A stretch of DNA of 64,000 bases from Kiritimatiellia bacterium (GCA_045636065.1 JAZTWW010000049.1:5168-69167), one strand, 5' to 3'; shown: positions 54,472 to 63,740, numbered from the stretch's first letter. The notes: generated from the sequence alone by a model not told the origin. A program made the numbers and translations.

Positions 54472-54900
54472 CTATTTCTGCTTTGTTGCCTGGATGCGTC
54501 CCTGCGCATCGCGGTACGTCGTCTTCCCGTAGCTGTCGGTGGTGGAAGTCCCCGTTATGCGGCCCATGGCGTCGCGGTATGTGGTCTTCCCGTAGCTGTC
54601 GGTGGTGGAAGTCCCCGTTATGCGGCCCATGGCATCACGGTATGTGGTCTTCCCGTAGGAGTCGGTTGTGGCAGTTCCCTGCTGGCGGCCCATCGCGTCG
54701 CGGTACGTGGTCTTTCCGCGGGAGTCGGTGTCGGCGGTTCCCTGCTTGCGGCCCATTGCGTCGCGGTACGTGGTCTTCCCGCGGGAGTCCGTGTCGGCAG
54801 TCCCCTTCTGGCGGCCCATCGCATCGCGGTAGACCTCCTTCGAACCTGCAAACGAGACCGCCGACATGGCGGCAAGCGCAACAACGAGGATGTTATTCAT
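54472..54900 (-). CDS. Small secreted protein made of 21-aa tandem repeats (YRDAMGRxxGTxxTDSxGKTT x5 plus a partial copy)
   Basis: Start at MNNILVVALAAMSAVSFAGS (ATG complement 54898-54900; AAGGAG RBS). The ORF-track 5' extension is unsupported. Protein is almost entirely repeats. Confidence 0.6.
   Translation of the reverse strand: MNNILVVALAAMSAVSFAGSKEVYRDAMGRQKGTADTDSRGKTTYRDAMGRKQGTADTDSRGKTTYRDAMGRQQGTATTDSYGKTTYRDAMGRITGTSTTDSYGKTTYRDAMGRITGTSTTDSYGKTTYRDAQGRIQATKQK
54507..54880. repeat. 63-bp tandem repeat, about 5.9 copies (coding repeats of the small secreted protein)
   Basis: Repeat-initiating cat(g/c)gcg recurs at 54565, 54628, 54691, 54754, 54817 (exact 63-bp spacing). Units are about 85-95% identical. 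Confidence 0.85.
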
Positions 54901-54927
54901 GCCACACTCCTTTCTTACAGGCTTGAT

Positions 54928-54936
54928 ATTATACCA
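54928..54936 (-). promoter_or_regulatory. Putative extended -10 (TGGTATAAT on minus strand) for the repeat-protein gene
   Basis: Minus strand reads ggggTGGTATAATatcaagcc, 28 nt upstream of the ATG. Confidence 0.4.
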
Positions 54937-55427
54937 CCCCCAAGCCCCCAAATCAAGCCGTAAATCGCACTCGGCGGATTTAGGGGGAAGGAGGATCAAT
55001 GGAGAAAGCGAATTAGGGGAAGGGATACAAGGGATCAAAGGGATCTAAGCGATAAATCCGATGAATGGACTGTGAATGGGCGCGGCACCTCCTCGCTTCC
55101 CCGTCTATGCCTCCATCCTCCATCCGAGCGGAGCCAAGGGTGAAGCCGCTCAGTTTAGCCGCATGGGGTGGCAATATGGGGGTGGCAGAGGCGAAATATA
55201 GTCCATAGAGCTTGGAGGCCTTTCGCCCCGGCGACGTTTCGCCGAGCCGGTGCGGCACTAACGCATGTAATCAAACTCTCTTGGCGAGGCGAACCGAGCG
55301 AGGGCCCGAATTATTCTCTCAAGCTAATAAACTTATGGGCCCGAGCGTTCGCCGGGGCGAGAAAGGCCGGAAAGCCCCGAAGATCATTGCGCAGCCTGCC
55401 ACCAAAACTGCGCGAGCCCCATGCGCG

Positions 55428-55556
55428 CTATGAGCGGTTCCCGCCCATTGCGGAGCGCAAACCGATGTATGTCGCCCCGAAGACCCGCCCTTCACCATAT
55501 TCCGCCACTAGCATCTGGGCGATTACTTTGGGGACAGCCTCTGATAAAATCCTATG
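55428..55556 (-). pseudogene. Remnant duplicating the 3' end of gene 58205..59320 (encodes ...ILSEAVPKVIAQMLVAEYGEGRVFGATYIGL...)
   Basis: ORF 55428..55697 C-terminus aligns with the C-terminus of the 58205..59320 product (ILSEAVPNEIAQMLVAEYGEGRIFAPPYIGL). Lies within the left direct repeat. No intact upstream coding region. Confidence 0.5.
55462..55551. repeat. Left copy of a ~90-bp direct repeat flanking the R-M cassette (partner 58239..58328)
   Basis: Shared ccgatgtatg...cgcccttcaccatattccgccactagcatctgggcgat(t/a)(t/c)(c/t)(a/t)ttggggacagcctctgataaaatc. 66-bp core with 3 mismatches, plus a 10-bp upstream match. Confidence 0.85.
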
Positions 55557-57207
55557 AGAATGCAAAATACTGCTCGACCATTTTCTGGCAACGTCTGCCG
55601 CCTGCCCTTGAAACGACGCGTTCCACACATGTATCGATTTTCGCAATATCACGCTCTCCATAAAGCCCGACAAGAGAATCAATGTCTTGCGCATCAAGGC
55701 TGTCCCATGCCGGTATGTGTACGCTCCTGAGATTCTGCGCCTGATAGCGAATGCTTCCGCCTCGCATCTGTGTCGAAAAGCGCCTCACTTGATCCGTGAC
55801 AAAGGAGCTTCGCAATATGACGCACAGTGCCTTCATATTCCACGAATTAGATGTTATCCAATACACGTTATGGTGCGGATAATATTCGCCATGTTCATCT
55901 AGCGCCACATTGCCGCCCTTCTGGATGTCAGGCAAAAGTATCTTTACGGATTTGAGCGTGCTGTACTTGATTCTGTCAAGTGTCCTATACCATGAGTCAG
56001 GATGTTTCCGCGCGCAGTAGCGGGATTTCAGCTTTTCGGCATTATTGTTCAAGTATGCCCTGGCTTTGGGGAACCTGTCCAAATCAAGCATAAGTCTGTC
56101 GTCAAAATGATCGTATGGATTAAGCATGTATCTGCTGTTCCATTCGATACATCCATCCCTAATGTCATCTGACGTTACAAGCGGCAGAAGACAAGATTCC
56201 TCTATTTCCGCATTTTTCTGGGGATCCAGGTAGATTTCATCGGCCCCTGACGCGACGCCTATGCCGACATGCGTGCCGACGCCAGATTCCTCGATTGTAG
56301 GGAATCTGCCGGCAATATCCTCCAGCCGCGCCTTTTCGTCTCTGTCGGTGCTCGCCCAAGGCTCACCATGTCGATACCATTTGTCGAAGCGGCACAAGCA
56401 TGATTTTGCAACGCCTGTCATGCACATAGACAAAGCATCGCCCTCGATTGACGAAATCTCTCCGGCATATGTCTCTCGCCCGACATGACGATCAATTACG
56501 TATATCGCCGGATATGCCGACACTGCGGTCTCAAAAGGCTGCGAATGCTCCATGTTCAAGTAAAGCGCCACATGGAAATCCTCGCCTATCATATGTCTCA
56601 GACGCTTCCCGTAGTTGGTTCTGACGAACCTATTGGAGCAGATGAACGAGAGAACGCCGCGTTTCGACAAAAGCGATAGTGACCGCTCGAAAAACGGCAC
56701 GTAAATGTCGCACCGTTCAGTGAACGTGGCATACCGCGCCTTGTACCATTTTTGCTTATCGGTTGATAGATTGTCAAAGCGTATATATGGCGGATTGCCA
56801 ATCACCACGTCGAAATGGGCACCTTCAAAATCGTAAAGAAGAAAATCCTCGCAGAAGAACCAGCGATCGACAAGCCTTTCGCAAACATCTTCCGGACAGC
56901 CAGCACAGACAAGTTTTGCCTTTACGGACTTGCGGACCAGCGAAATACTTTCACTGGAAATATCGAATGCTGCAAGAAAGCCGTCAAGTGATTCATCGCG
57001 CCAGTCGGGCGTCTCGGAAATAAGCGAGTCAACAATTGGCAACACAAACGCACCATCCCCGCAACTTGGCTCAAGAATCCGCAGCCCGCTCCATTTGCTA
57101 AAGCCGCCGGCGCGTCTGGTCTCGTGCATCATGTATAAAACGACCTCCGGGCGCGTGAATACGGCGCCTGTCGTTCGATGAGTAGGGACTGAGATGCCGA
57201 GTTTCAC
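55552..57207 (-). CDS. Gamma-class N6-adenine DNA methyltransferase, TaqI-like family (size and architecture as in M.PaeR7I/M.XhoI)
   Basis: 551 aa. N-terminal TGAVFTRPEVVLYMM (TaqI-like T.PEVV motif), SCGDGAF (motif I), VIGNPPYIRFDNL (motif IV NPPY). GTG start overlapping the upstream stop (GTGA). Visibly AT-richer codon usage than neighbours. Confidence 0.8.
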   Translation of the reverse strand: MKLGISVPTHRTTGAVFTRPEVVLYMMHETRRAGGFSKWSGLRILEPSCGDGAFVLPIVDSLISETPDWRDESLDGFLAAFDISSESISLVRKSVKAKLVCAGCPEDVCERLVDRWFFCEDFLLYDFEGAHFDVVIGNPPYIRFDNLSTDKQKWYKARYATFTERCDIYVPFFERSLSLLSKRGVLSFICSNRFVRTNYGKRLRHMIGEDFHVALYLNMEHSQPFETAVSAYPAIYVIDRHVGRETYAGEISSIEGDALSMCMTGVAKSCLCRFDKWYRHGEPWASTDRDEKARLEDIAGRFPTIEESGVGTHVGIGVASGADEIYLDPQKNAEIEESCLLPLVTSDDIRDGCIEWNSRYMLNPYDHFDDRLMLDLDRFPKARAYLNNNAEKLKSRYCARKHPDSWYRTLDRIKYSTLKSVKILLPDIQKGGNVALDEHGEYYPHHNVYWITSNSWNMKALCVILRSSFVTDQVRRFSTQMRGGSIRYQAQNLRSVHIPAWDSLDAQDIDSLVGLYGERDIAKIDTCVERVVSRAGGRRCQKMVEQYFAFS

Positions 57208-57923
57208 GATTGTGCAACTAGATGATTGTAGAGCGACGAGAAGAAACGCATGGCACCAACAGCCTCACCTCCATCGCACACCGAAGCTGTCGCCTTGTCA
57301 GATACCAGAAGCGCCGTGGCCGTATAATCGCGTTCTAGCACAAGTCGTTCGCAAAGAATCTCGTATCGCCTGAGATAGCTTGTGCCTTCAAACACGGGAA
57401 GCGGCGGCAACGGGCTTTTGGCAATATTGACGGCACGATCTGAAGCAGGGGAATTTTCCAAGAAAAACAGATAACCAAGCCAAGGTGCAGGCACGACGCC
57501 AAAAACGCGCTCACGGTATGCCGTCCAAAAATCCCGTGACACGCCAAGCACTTCTTCTGAACGGTTGTTGAAATTATTCCCGAAACTGCCGCTTTGAGAC
57601 TTCAACTCTATCGCCGCGACGAGCTTGCCTTCACGAAGCACTACAATGTCCCAGTTTTTCTGCGGCCGATAATATCCCGGAACTGGAACAGCCCTGTCGA
57701 AAAATATCTCAGTTTTTGCGAACCCTGCCATTACGCAAATTTCCTCGATTAGCTTGGCAAAGCCATCGAGATGGCGGCCACCCGTAACTTGGCCTCGCGT
57801 TCCAGCATCGGAAGTGCCACGCTTTTTCTGCGCTGACGCCTGCTGTTGCCGCGTTTTCCAGTAAAACTTGGCCGCTTTCTTCAGCTTTTGCTGGAATTCA
57901 GTTTCTGTATAAGGAAATGACAT
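57204..57923 (-). CDS. Putative type II restriction endonuclease (size and context suggest XhoI/PaeR7I family)
   Basis: 239 aa from MSFPYTETEF (ATG complement 57921-57923; the ORF track extends to 57965). Immediately upstream of and overlapping the MTase. No recognisable family match otherwise. Acidic/Lys active-site candidates (DIVVLREGKLVAAIELKSQ). Confidence 0.5.
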   Translation of the reverse strand: MSFPYTETEFQQKLKKAAKFYWKTRQQQASAQKKRGTSDAGTRGQVTGGRHLDGFAKLIEEICVMAGFAKTEIFFDRAVPVPGYYRPQKNWDIVVLREGKLVAAIELKSQSGSFGNNFNNRSEEVLGVSRDFWTAYRERVFGVVPAPWLGYLFFLENSPASDRAVNIAKSPLPPLPVFEGTSYLRRYEILCERLVLERDYTATALLVSDKATASVCDGGEAVGAMRFFSSLYNHLVAQS

Positions 57924-57929
57924 GCTGAT

Positions 57930-57938
57930 ATTATACCA
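57930..57938 (-). promoter_or_regulatory. Putative extended -10 (TGGTATAAT on minus strand) for the R-M operon. Predicts a leaderless or near-leaderless endonuclease mRNA.
   Basis: Minus strand reads aaaaTGGTATAATatcagcATG. The -10 ends 7 nt before the ATG at 57923. Confidence 0.35.
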
Positions 57939-58204
57939 TTTTCCTTTCTGGGACTGCAACTGCAACTTTTCTTAAAAGCTCCGCAATGGGCGCAACGCTC
58001 ATAATCCGCATGGGGGGCGCGCAGTTTTGGGTGGCAGGGTTCGCAAATGGTTCGGGGCTTTTCGGCCTTTTTCTCGCCCCGGCGATCGCGAGGAAGCATT
58101 TTTAGGGGATGTGCCCGAGCCGGGGCAGCTCTCGGGCAACGCTTACGCACATCCAATCCGCCATAATGCTTCTGTAATCGTCGGGGCGAAAAGGCCTCCA
58201 AGCC

Positions 58205-59320
58205 TTATGGGCTATGGGGGAATGATGCGGGCTTAAGGCCGATGTATGGGGGCGCGAAAATGCGCCCTTCACCATATTCCGCCACTAGCATCTGGGCGAT
58301 TTCATTGGGGACAGCCTCTGATAAAATCACAATTGCGCCGTGATTCTGGATAAAATTTGCAATTTCACCAAAGAGAGACTGACAAGCAGGATTTGATGCC
58401 AAAGAGGGCTGTCCCCGATTCTCAAGGGGCTGTCCCCAATTTAGATGGCGGAAAACCGCATTATTTTGGGCTACTTCGGCAAATATCCGCTTCTGGAAGA
58501 CTGTTGCGGATGGGTTGGCGGTGGTGAAACGGCATTTCCAGGCGGAGACCTCCTCTTCGGTATTGAGCACCCTCCCTTGGGCTGGCGACCATAGGCCCAT
58601 ATCCACATCAAATCCGAGCTCTTCAAACCAGAACACCGCAACAGCCATCCGCCCGGTTCCCACCTTCTTCGTGAGCATTGGGAGATTTGGGGCCGTGGAA
58701 CCGCCTGAGGATTGGGAGAGACTTGGAACGTCAGATGCGGGCTGCGGCGGTTCTGCGCTTTTCGCCGATGGCCACCAGTGGGGGAGGCCGTTCTGGGCGA
58801 TGAAGTTGCGCATAAGGGCGCGCGGCTCTTCGATATTGCCGGTAAGCACATGATCCCAGAGGGGAGGCGAATCGACGCCGGCAATATCGGCGAACGGCCT
58901 CGTGAACGTCTTTAGAACATGTTTCGGAACGGCCGGCGAAAGGATCACATAGGTGCCAGACTCCTTTACGACCCCTGCGAGAAAACTCGCCATTTTCCCG
59001 GAATCCGCATCAATTTCGCTAAATTCAACCGTTTCACTTGGGGACTGTCCCCAATTCCCGCATGGTGCCAGACTCCCTTCTGAGGGAAATGTTGCCAATG
59101 TGGAAATGTTGCCAGGTCCAATACCAATGTTGCCAATTGGATATTGTGAACTGGAATTGGCAACACTGGCAACATTGGCAACATTTTCAGATGGAACCGC
59201 CGAAATAGCATATGCACCATTCTGGCGCGATACGCACAGATATGGCACTTCGCCAAGCGCGAAATAGGCGTACATCACATTCCGTCCCACATGCGGGATG
59301 CTTACTGTCTCAGATAGCAT
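58205..59320 (-). CDS. Hypothetical protein (371 aa). The 3' end is duplicated at 55428..55556. Contains several internal DNA repeats and palindromes.
   Basis: No recognisable domain. N-terminal ENVANVASVAN...IGNIGIGPGNI region encoded by a symmetric repeat array. WGQSP/WGQP/EAVP segments encoded by GGGGACAGYCCC motifs. Confidence 0.5.
   Translation of the reverse strand: MLSETVSIPHVGRNVMYAYFALGEVPYLCVSRQNGAYAISAVPSENVANVASVANSSSQYPIGNIGIGPGNISTLATFPSEGSLAPCGNWGQSPSETVEFSEIDADSGKMASFLAGVVKESGTYVILSPAVPKHVLKTFTRPFADIAGVDSPPLWDHVLTGNIEEPRALMRNFIAQNGLPHWWPSAKSAEPPQPASDVPSLSQSSGGSTAPNLPMLTKKVGTGRMAVAVFWFEELGFDVDMGLWSPAQGRVLNTEEEVSAWKCRFTTANPSATVFQKRIFAEVAQNNAVFRHLNWGQPLENRGQPSLASNPACQSLFGEIANFIQNHGAIVILSEAVPNEIAQMLVAEYGEGRIFAPPYIGLKPASFPHSP
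58239..58328. repeat. Right copy of the ~90-bp direct repeat (partner 55462..55551)
   Basis: See left copy. This copy forms the 3' coding end of gene 58205..59320. Confidence 0.85.
59085..59190. repeat. Symmetric array: 3x AATGTTGCCA followed by 3x TGGCAACA(T/C) (its inverted complement), inside the CDS
   Basis: Read directly: aaatgttgccaatg..aaatgttgccaggt..caatgttgccaatt ... attggcaacac tggcaacat tggcaacat ttt. Forms a ~100-bp imperfect palindrome centred near 59145. Confidence 0.8.
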
Positions 59321-59426
59321 GGCGGATTCCTTAAATTCGATTCCCAGATATTCCTATAATATGCCATGATAATGAAAGCGGCGGGCGGTTGCCCGCCCGC
59401 CGCTTTGTGCCGGATTGGATGGGTGG

Positions 59427-62400
59427 TTACTCGGCGGGATACGCGGGGATCCCGTCCTCATAGGCGCTTACCGCAATCTTGAAGTAGCGCACGCCACTGT
59501 CGACCACTGGAGCCTGGAGTGAGGTGGAGCTTGTTTCAGCCTGCACAACATTGCCGCTTTCAACCTTCATGGTTCCATCAGCCGTAGCGCCATAAACAAC
59601 ACCATAGTAAAGGCCAGGAATTGTCTTTACGGTGAATGTCGTATTGGCCGAAGCTACAGCCATTGGAGTTGTCGCAGTGTCAACCTCTGGCTTTACACTT
59701 ACGCCGTTCACGGATTTACTCTCATCAAGCATAAACTTCACTTTGTATGTACCGTCGCCCATATCGATCAGATACTTTCCTGTAGTATCCTGACCTATCT
59801 TCTGGGCATCCACAAAAGCCTGAGTGACATTTGCGCCGTTACTCCCGGATGTCCAAATCTGCACATTATTCAAAGTGCCAATGTTGGATACCGTAATTCC
59901 AGTGAAAGTTGTTTCATCGCTTGTCGGAGTCACTTTGATGAGCGTTGCAGAAGATGGAATGGAGATTTCCGAAGTCGTATTGGTAATTACCGCAGTACTT
60001 CCATCCATGTAGCCATACGAGACGAGCTTGAGGGCACCAGCGACAGGCGTAACGTTGTAAAGTCCGTTGGCAACGGTCACCTTGGAAACATTAGTCTCCG
60101 TCGTAATTGAGCTCGAGGAGAGAATTGTAACTTCGTCGGCATCAAGACCGGTAGCATCAATCGTAAGCGTCTCACCTGCTCCTGTTGGCAGCGTGACCGT
60201 GCCAGAAACGGTAAGCGCAGTATCAGCGGCCTTGAAGGTTGCGCCATCGCTGAACGTCAGGTTGCCAGTGAGCGTGCCTGTGCCGCCGAACGTACCAGAA
60301 ACCGTCGTCGCACCAACCCACGTGCCGGTCAGGTTAACGGAACCGCTAATCGTAGCGGGGATGGTTACATCCTGCGTACCAGACAGCGTGAGCGTACCGC
60401 CCGTTCCGCCGACATTGAACTGCGTGATGCGGTTCGAGACGAACTTGCCGCTCCATTCGGTATCCTTCGACTGCGTGACCGTGAGGGTTCTGTCATTCGC
60501 ACCACCGCTCGTGGCGTTCCAGTCGGAACGGATATTCTTTGAACCAGCCAGATTGCCGATGGTAGTTGTGCCGTTATTGTTCTTCGTGATAATCAGCGAG
60601 TCCGCAAGCTCAACCTGAACTGTCAGCGTCGTAGCAGGCATCTTCGCATCATCGCTTGGGAACGTACGCCATCCAGCCGTGGATGAATACTTGATCATAC
60701 CTGTGCCGGTGACGGTTGAATAATCTGAATAGTCTTCAGCGTTTGCCGTGCTTGTCAGCTCGAGAACGCCGGTGTCGCCAAGCGTCATGTTCGTGCCGCC
60801 GCCCCATCTGTCACGGCCAGTTGTTGTGAATGTTCCATCAACTACAATGCCACCGGTCGTCCAAAGGAATCCTGAGTCTTTAAGAATAACATTACCTCCT
60901 TCGTCAATGAACAAACCACCGGCAGGGCCATTGTTGAAATTACCAAGGCTGAGAACTTTCCCATTCCCCACAACAACCGAGCTGGCGACAAACTCACGAC
61001 TTGTAGAGCCAACCACAAAGCGGCTATTGTCTCCACCTGCTGAAAGGTATCCATCAAACTCGGAAAGATCGCCCGTAAGATACACCGTCTTCTTGGCAAT
61101 GCCTGTAGTTGCCAGATTGTATGTGCCAGATCCAGTCACTTTGCTGGGAACAGTAATAGATACATCAGACGATGTATAATTGCCATCCTGCGTAAACCCA
61201 CCGGAGCCGATAATCAGCTCGCCGATGTTGTGGGCGTCGTTCCCAAGGGCGAGATATGCCTCGGTTCCATTCATGCAAACTTTAGAGCCCGTGTTGCCAT
61301 ATAACGCAAGTTGAATATTTGCGTTGAAATTATGATTCTTGATTTCCACTGTTCCCGCCCAGTTGGCATTCTTCCACCACGCATCTGCAGTTGGGGAGGG
61401 AGCCTTGCCGTCAAACACGACCGTGCCGGAGCCCTTGACGAGCGAAGTCGATGTGGAACCGGTCGTCGCCGCCATGCTTCCCGTTGCGGTAAGCGTGCCA
61501 TTCACTATGAAGCCGTTGTTCACGCTCCAGGTCTTTCCGCTGGGAATCTCGACCGAAGAGCCGGAGTTCACGACGACGTAGCCACCGCCGCTAACCGTTG
61601 CCTGCGTCGGTAGCGACGACCCAAAGACGACAATCTTGTTATTCAACTCGAACGAGCCACTGAAGTTGTCCCATTTCTTTACAAGAAGCAATACGTTCGG
61701 CGCCGAATCAGATCCCTTCAACAGACCGCTGCCCTTGAGTTCGCGAAGCTGCGTACGACTGCCATTATTGGAATTGTAACCGTTACCATTGCTGAGCCAC
61801 AATGCATACTCGCAATCACCATCCAGTTCAAGCGCAGGGGCGACATCCGTAGTGCCAGTATTTATCCAGCCCTTGAGCATACTAACCTTCAACGTCGAAC
61901 TATTGTTGCCATATTCGTTCATGTCAAAGGATGAACCAACGAGGTTGCTGATGTTCTTGACCCAGACCGTGCCGGACCAGCCAATGGCCGTCCAACCCTT
62001 GCCAGTGACAGGGGCGGAACCATTGTACACAACCATGCCTGCGCCGGTGAAGGTGGTGGCGTCGAGGCGATCGGCGTTGACGTTAAGAACGACGTCCTTG
62101 GCAACGTCGATGGTGGCGGCGGTGATCTTCTCGCTGCCGGAAAGCGTCAGCGTACCAGAACCAGTCAAGTAAACCGTGCCGGACAGATTCTTTTCTTCAT
62201 TAACAGCATATTCCGTGGCGCCATCGACAGCAATCTCGAGGTCGTTCTCGCCGACTTCCGGCACATACTCAACGACCTGAATAGCAGCAAAGCATCCGCG
62301 GGCGGACGGGGTACCTCCGCCAATACGGTGCGCTACCATAGTAACGGTATCGCCGGTAAGGACGGCGGAGACGAGTGTATTCACGCCTTCCTCAATCGGT

Positions 62401-63740
62401 TCTGCACTATTAGACGCGCCAGCGTTGCCCCAGGATGTTGTACCTGTCTGCTGAACTCCATTAACATATGTGAAGTTGAAGCCGTTGATGGTATCGTAGC
62501 CGAACTGGGCTCCATCCTGATCAGTGGAGTGATAGACGATAACGCGATAATGCTCGTAAGGGATGCCTGTGATTGTAACAGTCGGGGTAGGCCCGCCAGC
62601 ACTTTCGTCGATATAGCCGTGGAGCGGATTGCTCGCTGGTGTGAGGTTGGCGCAGTTCCAGTGTCCGCGAGTGCCAGAAATCGAGACGCTAACGCCGGAA
62701 GCCACGGAGGCCGCGCCGGTGGAATCGATGGCGTTGACGGTGTTGAACGTTGCATTGTCGGCCACAACAAAATTGTTCCAGGAAGTTCCGGGGACTGCAT
62801 AACCATCAAGACCGACATCGGCAGAGGTCGTGAGGCCGTTGCCCGCATCGTTCGTGAAGTTGATGTTGATGGACGGGGTGTAGGCCGCTTCTGCTGGATC
62901 GCCATCGACATAGTAGAGAACGATGCCAGTTGAGGTCTGGACGAGTTCGCAAGTGCCGACCTTCTCGCTTCCAGTAAGCGTGGTAGAGCCAGAGGTGACG
63001 GACGAAAGAGCTTTGGTGCAGACAAGATTTCCTTCAGAATCCTTTATCTTGATTGACGCATCAGCTGTGAAGGTGGGCGTAGAAGAGGTGAAGGAAACGA
63101 GCGTCTTGGACGACACCTGCGAAGTGCCGGTAAGCGTGACATCCGCCATCTTGATCTTGTGGTAGGCGGCGGAAACGGCCTGGTACGAGACGCTGCCCGC
63201 ACCCTTCAGGTAATATTCAAATGTGTTGTTGGCATTGACAGACGTGAGGTCAACATTCCACGCAATGCCGTTCGCTCTGGCCACGGAAAGCTTGATTGCC
63301 TGACCATCGGTAATATTGCCGCCGCCAAAGCCGCCTATCGTCAACTGCGAGGTTTCGTCAACGGTCATCCACATCGTAGTGTCGCCCTGATACTTGACGA
63401 AGGTGTTCATCGTGACGTTGGCGCCGTTGTAGAGACCCATGCGAAGGTTCCAGCCCTCAACCGACATCGTGGCGTTGATGTTGATGGTGTCGCCGTCAAA
63501 AAGGATTGGATCCCATGTGTTTTCGCCGGACTTCGCGGGTGTGCCAGACGGATTAGCACCGCTGGAATCCTGCCAATTTCCCGTGCCATTCCACGCATCA
63601 GTGCCGACGAACTTCCACGTGTAGTTCTCAGTTTCACCGGTGACGGGGTTCGGCTTCGCAAAGTCCGCCCATGCGCCTCCATATGCCGCGACTGCCAAGA
63701 GCAGCGCGAACGCTTTGATTCTACTCATTAATGATTTCAT
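59427..63740 (-). CDS. Giant (1437 aa) secreted beta-helix repeat protein with autotransporter-associated (PATR-like) beta-strand repeats. Putative adhesin.
   Basis: Signal peptide MKSLMSRIKAFALLLAVAAYGGAWA. Strong GAAGGAG RBS. Recurrent G.GTLTL.G...T....V..G.L-type segments (GSGTLTLSGSEKITAATIDVAKDVVLNVN; GGTGGTLTLSGTQDVTIPATISGSVNLTG). Thr/Ser/Gly/Asn-rich. Confidence 0.7.
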   Translation of the reverse strand: MKSLMSRIKAFALLLAVAAYGGAWADFAKPNPVTGETENYTWKFVGTDAWNGTGNWQDSSGANPSGTPAKSGENTWDPILFDGDTININATMSVEGWNLRMGLYNGANVTMNTFVKYQGDTTMWMTVDETSQLTIGGFGGGNITDGQAIKLSVARANGIAWNVDLTSVNANNTFEYYLKGAGSVSYQAVSAAYHKIKMADVTLTGTSQVSSKTLVSFTSSTPTFTADASIKIKDSEGNLVCTKALSSVTSGSTTLTGSEKVGTCELVQTSTGIVLYYVDGDPAEAAYTPSININFTNDAGNGLTTSADVGLDGYAVPGTSWNNFVVADNATFNTVNAIDSTGAASVASGVSVSISGTRGHWNCANLTPASNPLHGYIDESAGGPTPTVTITGIPYEHYRVIVYHSTDQDGAQFGYDTINGFNFTYVNGVQQTGTTSWGNAGASNSAEPIEEGVNTLVSAVLTGDTVTMVAHRIGGGTPSARGCFAAIQVVEYVPEVGENDLEIAVDGATEYAVNEEKNLSGTVYLTGSGTLTLSGSEKITAATIDVAKDVVLNVNADRLDATTFTGAGMVVYNGSAPVTGKGWTAIGWSGTVWVKNISNLVGSSFDMNEYGNNSSTLKVSMLKGWINTGTTDVAPALELDGDCEYALWLSNGNGYNSNNGSRTQLRELKGSGLLKGSDSAPNVLLLVKKWDNFSGSFELNNKIVVFGSSLPTQATVSGGGYVVVNSGSSVEIPSGKTWSVNNGFIVNGTLTATGSMAATTGSTSTSLVKGSGTVVFDGKAPSPTADAWWKNANWAGTVEIKNHNFNANIQLALYGNTGSKVCMNGTEAYLALGNDAHNIGELIIGSGGFTQDGNYTSSDVSITVPSKVTGSGTYNLATTGIAKKTVYLTGDLSEFDGYLSAGGDNSRFVVGSTSREFVASSVVVGNGKVLSLGNFNNGPAGGLFIDEGGNVILKDSGFLWTTGGIVVDGTFTTTGRDRWGGGTNMTLGDTGVLELTSTANAEDYSDYSTVTGTGMIKYSSTAGWRTFPSDDAKMPATTLTVQVELADSLIITKNNNGTTTIGNLAGSKNIRSDWNATSGGANDRTLTVTQSKDTEWSGKFVSNRITQFNVGGTGGTLTLSGTQDVTIPATISGSVNLTGTWVGATTVSGTFGGTGTLTGNLTFSDGATFKAADTALTVSGTVTLPTGAGETLTIDATGLDADEVTILSSSSITTETNVSKVTVANGLYNVTPVAGALKLVSYGYMDGSTAVITNTTSEISIPSSATLIKVTPTSDETTFTGITVSNIGTLNNVQIWTSGSNGANVTQAFVDAQKIGQDTTGKYLIDMGDGTYKVKFMLDESKSVNGVSVKPEVDTATTPMAVASANTTFTVKTIPGLYYGVVYGATADGTMKVESGNVVQAETSSTSLQAPVVDSGVRYFKIAVSAYEDGIPAYPAE

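Noticed and set aside
55168-55557. 129-aa + strand ORF, and an imperfect GGCGAAC...GGGCCC / GGGCCC...GTTCGCC stem-loop (55288..55358), in the 500-bp non-coding stretch left of the R-M cassette
   Set aside because: The ORF has no start or RBS context and is a low-complexity translation. The stem-loop arms are only partly complementary and are not followed by a U-tract. The region is more likely decayed island or att-flanking DNA. No integrase or transposase remnant was recognised.
59150-59185. Possible sigma54 promoter in the TGGCAACATTGGCAACA repeats
   Set aside because: The spacing between GG and GC dinucleotides does not fit the TGGCAC-N5-TTGCW -24/-12 geometry. The repeats are better explained as the inverted arm of the TGTTGCCA array.
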